From Phoronis australis (taxonomy: Eukaryota; Animalia; Phoronida), in the NCBI GenBank assembly GCA_002633005.1, contig NMRA01000101.1:434001-498000 (forward strand): a stretch of 64,000 bases of DNA, in the 5' to 3' direction. Within the stretch, counting starts at the first letter, position 1. Every line of letters begins with the position of its first letter. The translations under genes and the position numbers were made by a program. Of this stretch, positions 25,201-37,200 are shown piece after piece. Under the pieces are notes generated by a model. The model did no database searches, was not told the origin of the DNA, and saw only the letters and a list, made by a program, of their open reading frames with translations.

Positions 25201-28200
25201 AGAGTGCTGTCACTGAAAAGGCCACCCTCATTTAAAATAATACAATAACTAAAAAAATTAAAAATCACATGTAACGATGGGTCCCTACTAAAATATTTTA
25301 AATAACTTGCATTCCGTACGTCGTAGTAAAAAATAGATCAGAAATACTTATTTGTAATTCTTAATTAGATTTATCTAGTACCTACAAAATTTCGAAAAGA
25401 TTGGTCAAAAGGTGACAGAGCTGTTACTCTGATACCTGTGGTTGTTTTTTATTTGATACAAATACTCCACATAGTGAACTATGAGATATGTAGTAATCGT
25501 AACATAGATCAAAAATGAAACGTTGGAGAATGAAAACATATTCTTGAAACTCAACTAAGTTTCATCTTGAAGCAGGTGTTCAAAACATGTCAATTTTGAG
25601 CGCAGTATTTTGAAAACAATATGGCCACCATGGCCGCCATTTTGGACCTGATTGTGACTTATTAAACTTATTAAAACAACAGGCTTGAAGTCATTAATGA
25701 AGTTACAGGTTTTGTTCAAGTTTCAAACCGTTCTGAGAACAAATAAGACGTGTAGTGAGTGAACAAACATACTTTTTCATTGGTCGAGATGGATAATTAC
25801 CAGAATATTCTGGAGTATTTTCTCTTTTTCAAGTATTGAAGCCTATTTACTTGTAAGATGAATTATTGGTATATTTGAAGATCTTTTTTAATGAATATAT
25901 AATATATTTAAGTGATAATAATCTGTGGCAGATTTTCACCCACATTTACAGCTCAACATATTATATATTTATTGATATCTGTAGTAGTTTAGTTTGTCAT
26001 AATATATATGATCTTTTCTTTCACTATAAACTAGCTTCAGTATCGCTTCGCATTTACCACATATGAAAATGTTTCTGGTTTAATTTTCTGAAAAAACTCT
26101 AAAAGTAATAAACTATAATTAACCCATTCTAGTTATAGCTACCCTTGGTTTCCTGTACAGTGGCTCGCTACTGACTGTTAAAACTAGTCTTCTGTCCATG
26201 ATCTGTTGCTGTTTGTAGGGCCATCTGTTCAGGAGGGCCGCTTCCGTGCCCACCAAGAGTTCGGGGATCGTAGGAAAAATGTTGTCAGTGCTAGAACATA
26301 CATCTATGAAGGCGAGGAACAGTGTGATAAAAACATGGATATTTTCTTACGTGCCATTGACGTGGTGTCTGGTAAGTTATCATCATGTATTGTGTTGAGC
26401 CATATCTTGTAAATTGTAATGTATTGAGTGGTATGTGGTAAGTTATTATCATGTATTGTGTTGAGCCATATCTTGTAAATTGTAATGTTTTGAGTGGTAT
26501 GTGGTAAGTTATCATCATGTATTGTGTTGAGCCATATCTTGTAAATTGTAATGTATTGAGTGGTATGTGGTAAGTTATCATCATGTATTGTGTTGAGCCA
26601 TATCTTGTAAATTGTAATGTTTTGAGTGGTATGTGGTAAGTTATCATCATGTATTGTGTTGAGCCATATCTTGTAAATTGTAATGTTTTGAGTGGTATGT
26701 GGTAAGTTATCATCATGTATTGTGTTGAGCCATATCTTGTAAATTGTAATGTTTTGAGTGGTATGTGGTAAGTTATCATCATGTATTGTGTTGAGCCATA
26801 TCTTGTAAATTGTAATGTTTTGAGTGGTATGTGGTAAGTTATCATCATGTATTGTGTTGAGCCATATCTTGTAAATTGTAATGTTTTGAGTGGTATGTGG
26901 TAAGTTATCATCATGTATTGTGTTGAGCCATATCTTGTAAATTATAATTTGATGTATTGAGTGGTGTGTGGTAAGTTATCGTCATGTATTGTGTTGAGCG
27001 ATGATATCTTTAAAGGAGAATGCCACCTGATTTAATAAGTTTTTTTTGCCGTCTTAATCGGTCTATATCCACATCGCCTCGCATACGGTCGACCTTACCT
27101 TGCCAAGAGGTGTCGCGTTAACCTGTGAAGAAGGTGAGAAACGACCCTAGCGACGTCAGTGGTTCATATGCAGAGTGAATGCCGCTACATTGCAGTGCAT
27201 CGTTCCCGCTTGTCCAAACTAAGCAGCTGCGAGGAAAGCGGGTATATCGTTTTTTTTTTACTTCCTCGAGAGTCCGAAATGCTTAGGAAGTGGCTCATGG
27301 TAGTGAAGAGTGAAATGTACGCTGTAAATAGCAAGTATGAGGCCGTGAAACATCTCCGTGTCTGTGGCCTGCACACGTCGATAATGCCTGACGAATGCTG
27401 GTTTACCAAATAACTCCATACGTTCCGTTGTCTGAGCTTGTTCACGGCGCCTCTCTAGTATTTCTTCATCACTGTATTCCTGTTCGAATTGATAGCCTGT
27501 AAAACTTAACGATCCACCTGCGAAGTCGGGATTGATGAGCTCTAGCTCGTCCTAAGTCAGGATTGCGACGGTTGCCATGTTGGCGTTTATTACTGAGCGT
27601 TCTGTTCCAAAATGAATTATTCTCACCCTAACCAATACTTATATAAAACTGAAACAAAGTCTGTCTCATTAGATGCAATTTGTAATGCCTTTGGAGTGTT
27701 CGTGAGTGCACGAAATGATTGGAGAAGCCAGCAATGAATAAATCACTGCATTACCGGCTTTAGGTGCAATAAAACTAATTGACGGGACACTGAGGCCGTG
27801 TGAGCTCATGCTAATTTAGTGTTTGCTGGTAGAAACTGTTGTGAAACAACTCGATTTCCATCCCACGGCCAGGTGTTAGGGGAATCTTTATTTACATTTA
27901 CATTACTCAAATAATGATTGTCAATGTACAACTTCTGCTCTGACGGTGCTGTGGCCAAAGCGGAACCTGAATTCGTGACCCCGACGAGTAAGTAGATTTG
28001 CAGTTTCGTGGCTAATTCATTAACATAATCACGTGCACATTACTTTGGCTCACTAGTATAGTATTTTCTTGACTGGAAGTTTAGTTTCCACTGAACTTTG
28101 GCTGGTTTATGTTCGTTATGTCTGATCAGTTTCCGAGCCACTGGCCGGGATAACGCGGAGTCAACTCCGGCCGCCGGGCCGCGACGGGCCTGATCGGGTT

Positions 28201-31200
28201 CCGACCCACTGGCCAGGATAACAAGCGTTGTTTACAACTAAAAAAATCACAAGTCTAAACAACACAGATCTAGGTTCTCCTGTCTGTATCTCATGGAAAG
28301 TTATCTCCGAACAGACCCCAAACTCCTGCTACGGACCTTATTGAACTTCGTAGGCTACGGTGTGTCCAAATACCAATAAATCCGTAAGAGCGAAATAAAA
28401 CAACATGTTTTTATAAGAACTCGGTGTATTTTCAAGGGTTTTACATCGAAGTTTGATGATTTATTGGTGTTAAACGATGAATTCAAGCGATAAGCTGACA
28501 TCAGTAACGCGTGTTGTGAACTGCTGAACAGACTGCGTGTGAAACTGATGACGTCATTGGATAATTTCGACACCTCCGTCTGCCGTCAGGTGTCAGTCAA
28601 CGCAATCGTACATGTCGTTATGGAGTAGAACTACTCGATCTAAATTGATACAAATTATTTTGGGCGGCATGCTCCTTTAAGTTATAATGTAATATATCAG
28701 TGGTATATGGAAAGTCATCATGTCATGTAATGTGTTGAGTGATGTATGGTATGTTATCATTGTATAATGTTTTGAGTGGTGTTGGGTCGCCTTATGTTTT
28801 GTTCAGGTTCTGTGGTAAGAGAATCTGAATGTGGTTGGAGTTCAGGCTATGTGTGATAAGAGTTTTGTGGTGTGTGGCAAGGGTGCATACATAAGTGACA
28901 TTCAAGCACAGGGGAACATCTCAGGGATGTCAATGTCTTTGGATCCTTTCAACGTGAACAGATAGTGGCAAGTGACATATTGTAGAGAAGTCTTAATTAA
29001 CAGAGTATATGCTAAAGTTGGAAGGATTTAATGGCTTTTGATAACAATGAGATTTTGTTGGTTTAGCCAGTGTGAGGAGTAATTTTCAAAAAATCTTGCG
29101 GCTTATGGGGTGCCTATGGCATGGCAAATGTGTGATCCAGCTTTGCAGGCCCACCTGAGACAGAGTAGCGCTGGATTATACTTGTATTTCATGATCAGTT
29201 GTGACCTCATGTTAAGATTGTCTAGTGGCTGTGTTTAGAGCACCTGTCACTACCTTTGGCAACTGTAACATGACCTTTGATTACTTTCGTTTCATACCTT
29301 GCTGTCTTAGTAATCATTGATTTATAAGTAATATTGGCCAAGCTTGGATAATGTTAACCTACATGGGGTAGCTACTGCTTACTCAGAGTAATCCTTCAAT
29401 GCCACTTCTAAGGTTATATTATTTCATAGTGTTCCAGTTTTTCATTGGGTTTTGTCAAAAATAAGACTTCTCTCTATACTTTTTATGACAAAATTCTAGA
29501 GTTGCATACAGCATTTGAGGGATGTTGATATCAATTTATAACAAAATTTGGGTTTTTCCCCCAACCCGTGCAAGTTTTTTTTGCTGGTTTTAGGAACTGA
29601 TTTCATTTTTCTGGCGAAATTTTTTTCAATTTTTATTTTTAACCCTGTCCCGAGGAGGGTGTTTGAACCCCCTGAACCTCCCTGTAGATCAGCCTCTGAT
29701 TAAGGTAAGTTTTACTGCGTGAACCAATTACCAGCAGTTTGGTATAATGCCGGTTCTGTGTCACGTCATATTTAGTGATCTGTGTTGATTTGCAGGTTCC
29801 ACAAATGCTACTGGTTTTGCCTGCATTAAACTGACGGCACTGGGTCGACCCCAGCTCTTGGTAAGTACATGATGATCTGATTTGAGGACACTTGCTGTTC
29901 TTTCATATTGTAGCTGCTAAATGCCGACTAGTTACTCCATCTAGTGTCGGGGATCAGAACCTGTCTAGTGGCCATTCGGTTCCCATCCATATTAGTTTTG
30001 TTGTAAAAAATGGCAACCACATTATGAAGTTCATTTATCAGATTTTTTAATAACAAACTTCATTTTTGCAGAGAACAGAAATCAATTTTGCTGAACACCA
30101 ATGTGTGAGACCACATTACATTGTTCTCCCATTGACCACAATTTGTTCCATGGGATGGCAAACGAACAAGTTGGGCTGTTGACCAACCTAGCCAGTATCT
30201 TACACGGCTGATTTACTACATTCTGGTAGTTATGGTTGCAGGACCAGCTCCCTTTTGTTCAATAATTGCTCTAATCTGATAACGTCCTTTCCAGCATGAC
30301 TGGACAGTTATAAACTGTTTGAACACAAACCAATAACAATTCTGAATTCCTCGTCAAATGCTGATCGTGTTTGGTTTTTGAATCACCAAAATCGCCCAAC
30401 TACAACCAAAGTTAAAACAATCTATTCCGTCCGAAAATATACCAATGTATTGGGTTTGACTGTGTTCGTATGTGATTGGTTGTAAGGTGCAACCACTATA
30501 CTTTTCATAACGTTTGAGGTACATAACTCTTATGTTTAATCTAAAACATTGTTTTTAGCAGTATATGCGACTTTAGTAACTATATTAGTCCTGATGTGTT
30601 GGCTTAATTTAGTTACACATATTACCATCATGGTCAAATTGATTACAAAGCTAAGGTCACGTGGTTCCTATATACTACGATTTTCCCGCGCATTTAGCTC
30701 GATTACTGCAAAACGTGTTGTGAATATGTTGTTAATTTTCATTTTATTCTCATAAAAACACACTGCAAGTATTCACACTCACACTAGCAGTGAGGTTGCC
30801 AGAGCTCATGAAACCAGACGAAGAATTTTTATTTTGAGTTTTTCTAATGTAGAAATTTCCAATTTATTTTAAAATTTTACGAAGTAGGACTTTTAGAAAA
30901 AAAATACTCTTTGTCAAGGTCGAAAGCAAACATCCCAAGGAGTATGAAAATGCAGTTGAAGTCCTTGCAAACATTTTAAGTTAAGATACTGAGTGTTCCT
31001 GGATTTATGTGAGTTTATTTTACAAATTAAATTTTATTACACGTTAAAAAATTTATACTTGGATGTCCAGCACGATAAAAGCACGGATCCAAAAACAAAA
31101 GGCCGACTTCGACTGTCCTATTCATCGGAACAGCTACTATCGAACGTTTGGCTTTTAATGAAACGGGCTGCTGGGATCTGTCCCTCAGTAGTGCATATGA

Positions 31201-34200
31201 TTTTGGATAAATCCAAACCGAGCGGGTGGAGCGTTTTTTCTTTACTGAAAAAACCAGCTCGAGAGCACCTCGACTTTTTGGAGTTACTAATGCTTGTTGG
31301 AGTCCACTCCCAATTAACTGAAGCTAAGTTTTTCATGGAGCAAGTCCCAATGCCAATAAAATGGTTATTGGCAAACCAAGAAAACATGACCTCAGCTATC
31401 ATCTTTTATTCGTTGTTGTTGTTCTGCTAACTGAAGTGGAAAGTAACTCTGCTTGACTTTAGTAACCCTTTGAAGTCTGGTAGATAATAGGCCTACCTGT
31501 TGTTGTACCTGACAAAAGACTTTGCTTGGCAGTTAACAAAGGAGCAAGATGTATCTCCCTTTGAAGGATATTTGTGAAAGTTGACAGATGAGCTCTTATA
31601 ATGAAAGCTGTCTACCTAAGTCCTATCCAAGTCAAAAGATAATGTGGAGCTTTAGTCCTTGGATAATTGGTGTCCAATATCTCTATTGAATACTGATTAT
31701 AAAATACTTAAAAAAGTTCTTACATCCCCTATAAATAATATGGGAAAACTGGTTCATCCAGGTCAAACAGCTGTTAAAGGACGATATATAGGATACAATA
31801 TTCGTATCATTCAGGATATAATTTTTTATACAAACATTACCGATGGTTAAGGACACATTTTATTTTTGGACTTTTGCAAGGCATGTGACACAATAAAATG
31901 GGACTTTATTTATCAAGCTTTGACGGCTTTTAATTTTGAACAGGGTTTTACACGATAATAAACCAACTGCTTGTGTTGTCAATAATATTTTACAACAGAT
32001 TATTTTCGTTTAGAAAGAGGTGTAAGACATGGTGATTCATTGTCGGGCCCATTATTTTGCCTAGCTGTTGAAGTTATGGCCAATTACATATGAAAGTGCA
32101 ATTTAATTAAAGGCATAAATGTTGAGAAAACTGAGAAGTTAAAATTCTCCAGTATGCAGATGACATTATCTTATTCCTTCATGACAAAAATTCTGGCATG
32201 AATTGTCTCAAATTTTTAGAACATTTTGGTTTACTCTCTGGTCTCCAGCTAAATATAAAAAAGAAATGTGATGGGTTATATTTAGGTCGAGAAAAAGAGT
32301 GTTCTGAACCACTTTATGGCTTCAAGTGGACTGGCAAACCAATCACGAGTCTGGGAATATTTTTAGTCATAACAAAAAGAAAATGAGTTTTTAAATTTTG
32401 AACTCAAAATTAAGTCCTTTAAAAAGTCTCTTGATATCTGGAAAAGTTGCAATATTTCATCGTTAGGAAGGATCATTGTAATTAAAACATTTGCGCTGTC
32501 TAAATTAATTGATGTTGTGAGCAATTTAGGAATTGACAGCGAACGTAGAGCTAAGATAAATACTATAATAAAAAATTTTGTTTGGCAAAATAAGCCACCT
32601 AGAATTTAAAAAAATGTGGCTTTAAATACCCATGAAAATGGTGGTTTGTCAGTTCCTGATATAAATATTATGTTCAAGTCATTACTAGTTAAGTGGGTTA
32701 CGCGTTGCTTAGATGGAAACAATGAAGTTTTCAAAGTGTTTCCAGGGTATGTTTTAAAAACAAAACATGGAGGTATTTTGATCTTTAAATCAAATTATGA
32801 TTGTAATTTGTTGTCTCTTGCAAATATTGATACCTTCTATCTTGACATCTTGATTGCTTGGGAAGAAATTAGTGCTCATTTACATAAGGACATAACAATT
32901 GTAAACCAAGTAGTGTGGAATAACAAAAATATATTGATTAATAGGAGGACTGTATTCTTGAATAGTTTCTTTGAGGCTGGTACTATTTTTGTGAAGGATC
33001 TTTTGAATTTTGAAAATAAATTTCAGTCATGGGAGATTTTGAAAAATAGATATAAGCTTTCAAATTGGATTCATTATGCTGCTTTGAGACGTGCGATTAA
33101 GTTTGATTTCAAAATGCATACATCCCCAGTCAAGCCAAATTATTAATGTGCTTTCTAGAAATATTTTGCTTTCCAAAATTGTTTCGCCTCCTGATATAGT
33201 GTACAGCTTAACTGATATTTACTCTAGACAACGAATTAAACAAATTTATATTCTTCCACACAAACTCTTGTTACCTCCTTATGTTAAAACCTTATGTTAA
33301 AAAAAGTGTTTACAAAACGTTATTTGAAAAAGATGAACTTAGTAAGTGATGACAAGTGTGCATCTTTTGGAACTGTTGAGACTTTTAACCATATGTTTGT
33401 GGAACTGTTGAGACTTTTAACCATATGTTTGTGGAATGTGGTTCTGTGAAAACTTAGTGGTGTGAAATTCAGAAACTTTTAATTTACATAACTGCACAAC
33501 ACGATTTAATCTTAGATAAAAATGTTATTTTGACAGCATATTTGGATGTAATTTTGAAGATATCAATACCATATTAACTATTTGCCAGTATTTCATTCAT
33601 AAATGTTCTAGAGACCAGATTATTCCTAGATATTCACAATTTTAATGTTTCTTGTATAATTATTGTAAAGTAAGAAACATACAACCCCGAAAAACTGCCT
33701 TTTGGGAAACCCTCAATACTTATTTAGATTAGATCAACCGCGAAGTTCTATTATTTAGATATGTGCGTGTGTCTGCGTGTGTGTGTATGTGTGCCTGCAT
33801 ATATCTCATTGTTGTATATCTTAGTGTATTTAGAAATAAAATGTTAATATAAAAAAAAGAAAGCTGCATATGACAATGAGTTTCAGACCAATCGCACTAT
33901 GGCTGTGCCCCCCTAGTGTCTATTGTTTTTACATTTGCGTCTATCTCTTAAGAGTTCCTTGGCTTATTTTCATGACATATGGGATGCATTTCAACGCTCC
34001 ACATTGCCCTTGTTACGTTTTCCACGGTTTTTGAAGATCCTTGATGGATTTTCATGAAAAATGGAAAATAGGTTTGTATTAAAGAGACGCTGATGGACTC
34101 AACTTGTTTTATGCCTTTCAGTTTCCATTTTTGTTGTTTTCAAATCTGGTTTGTGGCATCTTCTCAGGATCATTATGGAAACTGGCATTATTTGACAGTA

Positions 34201-37200
34201 CTGAGAAGTGAACCGCTGACTATTTTAGAATGGATGCGACAGCTGTGGCGCCCTCTCGCAGCAATTTTATTTTGTTGCCTGTGGCTCAATACAGGTTCCT
34301 TAATACTGAATCTTCTCAAAATTTGGCATGTGTTTGTATTGAGGATAGTGCAACACATGCGATTTTTGGGACAAATTTGACTACTGTGGTGTCACATAGT
34401 TGTAATTTTGTGTTTCTTTGCATTTGCTTTGGTATCTACCAAGTGTGATGATGGATATTTGTGAAATACTACAAACAAGCCACTTTCTTGTGGACAAGTC
34501 AGTCCTGGACTGATTCAGATGTAATTTACCTATGTTGCACCCCCTATTGGCCTGTTTGTTGTTTTTGTGTCCTTCCTTGTCTGTCAACCCATCCTCCAAA
34601 CTTCTNAGCGCTTGCCTCCTAAAACGTCACTTCCGGAAAAGCGGACGAATAATTAATAAAATTACGAAAAGCTGTAATTAAGTGAAAAATATGTCTAGGA
34701 TAACCAACCAACCTTATTTTAGCTCAAAATGACATGGAAAAAGGTTGCCTTCGCCTTGAAGTTTACTGGCATTGTATTGTTCTTTGGAAATGCTGAAAAC
34801 TCCACTGATCACACTTTTTATCTGCGCTGTGTGTGATTGGTTTATAGTATGCTCTGCGTTGATCTTGTATTGTACATTATAGAGCTTTGGAGCAAGATTT
34901 ACACACCATTATGTGGTTCAACCTAGTTACATGTTCGCTGATTTATAACTACACTTAGCTAAGGCCTCTGTCATCATACTTGTATTGTATCAACCAGGAT
35001 TCATTATATTCTGTCTAAATCTGTCAGCATGACCAGTATTGTATAAAATGTTGACCCTCATGTATGGTATAGTGTATTGAACTTAATTAAGTGTTACTTT
35101 TATGTAACAATTGAGATTGGTAAGGCATCTGTTCACTGGACACTGTTGCATACATAGTGGCATTGAGAATGATGTGCTCACTGTTAGCTGGAAGACGTTA
35201 CCAAGAAAGGTCAAGTAGCAAATTAACCATAATGTTTTTGCTAATTACAGAATACATGTATAGACCTGGGAACCAGTAATATTTCACTTCAACGTTACAG
35301 TGAGTTTGCATAAAAAATCATGCAAAATTACAGCAAAATCATTTACAAAACTATAGTTATGAAATTGATTTCTAAGACTTTCTGTAAACAATCACGGAAA
35401 GACTGGTCCGGAAATCACCGCTGATCTAACTACAACTTTGCGCCAGTTTCCAAGAGGTACATGCATGTCACCGCGTACGGTACGTAGGTAATTTCCGTTG
35501 CAAGACTGCAAGGAAATCCTGAAGCCAGCTATCAGATTAGTCACACAGCTATACTTTGTTGTCTGCTGTGCTGCTGTTCCTTGTTTTAATGGTTGCTAGG
35601 TTACACTTGTGGAGGACCTTATCCACAAGTCTGTGTATTTAATCAAGTATCACACAACAGTAGATTTGAATTCTGTATACATATATGTTTTCAGAAAACG
35701 GAAAACTAGTAGAATTTTATTTTTATCATTTTAGTAAACTTTATCAAAAAAGGAATTACACAGCAAAGCAACAGTGTCAATAACATTGCTGTCAAATTTC
35801 ATTTGATATAAGTGTTCCTGATAAAATCTCAATAAAACACTTGTTACTGTTTTTCAAATTATTTTGTTTTCTTTGTAAGAAACTTATCTTTTTTCATAAA
35901 AATTGTAAAAATCCTTTATATTTTTATAGCTGCTTTATGCAAAAATGGAAATTTTTTAACAGACTGTTGTTGAAAGCAATGCATTAACCAAAAGTGCCAT
36001 TCATATCCGATCATCTATTTCCGAGACATGGGGTTCGCAACTGCCACATTTGGATATTTTTGTAGGGTCCTACACAACCTTTACGAAGAAAATGATTATT
36101 CCGTTACAAAGAACGGTCCTTTCTCAACAGAGATCAGTTTCTTTGTTCTATGACGTAAAACATCGGTGTCATAATTTTGGTTTGGAAATGTTGACTTCAA
36201 TGCACGTTATTAGAAGTTCTCACACACGCACTCTGGTATACTATTGATTTATAGGTGGTGCTGAAGTAGAATCTAGTCTCATGCAAGTTGTGGTCTCTTC
36301 AGCAGCAGGTGGTCTCAGAGGAGTCACTTATCAACTCATTACAAATTCTGTTTCTGATGCTCAGTGCAGATAACCTCTGATACCCGCATTATATTCTTAT
36401 ACTGCTGCAGTTAACAGCGGAATCGTGGATTGCCAAATACATCATGGCAAAACGCTGACTTGTTGCTTAGAAATGAATTGCCAGTGCTTGTAAGATTGAC
36501 TAAGTATTGGAGACCAATGTGTTTTTGGGACCATAATGTTAACAGATCAGTAGTTGCCCTGGCCAACCTCATTAACGGTCAGTCAAAACGGTGCCACTCT
36601 ATTTATCGAAAAGTGCCTACCCAGTTTGGTAATCTCTTATTTTTTGTTTGCATGGAAATAAACAAGCTGTTTTATAGTTTGAGAATAGTGTTAGCCGCAA
36701 GCAATCACTGTAAGGTGTTATACTTTACCTTTTTAATGAAAAATTTCTTGTAAAAAGCAACTTTAGTAAACCGGTGTTCCATCTGTGACAAGTTATTGTG
36801 ATCTTTCAAACCAACTAACTATGCGACTTTGCTCATTAGACTAAGGTCATCGTGGCAATCCAACTTGTGTAGTCTAATGTGAAGTAATATCAAAATCACG
36901 CCTATTTTGACTAAGTTACAATACGAAACCAGTAAATGAGCTAAATCAAAATTTGGTTTCTCTCACGGAAGGCGTGCTCATTAAGCTGTTTAAGTTCTTG
37001 CAAGTATCATACAGCAACTTCATATAGGGGGTCCATGTAGCTGGTCTGTGATTTGACAAAGAAAGGTCACCGGCCCACTGTTTTTAGGTGCTACATGGAC
37101 AGCTTTCCTTCAAAAATTGATATTGCTTTTCCCTGCACTACATCCGAGATCTGTCAATATGAGATTGTTCTTTAACCTTTCAGTCACAGTTACCCCTGGT

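Noticed and set aside
26291-26914. 207-aa minus-strand ORF of 22-aa repeats
   Set aside because: By-product of the 66-bp (3n) minisatellite; lies antisense to PRODH exon 4 and intron 4.
28120-28230. GC-rich segment as a ribozyme; also CTGATGA hits at ~1236, 24451, 28545 and 37792
   Set aside because: Explained as a ~35-bp direct repeat inside the Kolobok element; no stem II plus GAAA hammerhead core could be built at the CTGATGA sites.
30993-31430. 145-aa intronic ORF
   Set aside because: No motif I can identify with confidence and no clear splice fit; not needed in the PRODH model, where exon 5 joins exon 6 in frame.
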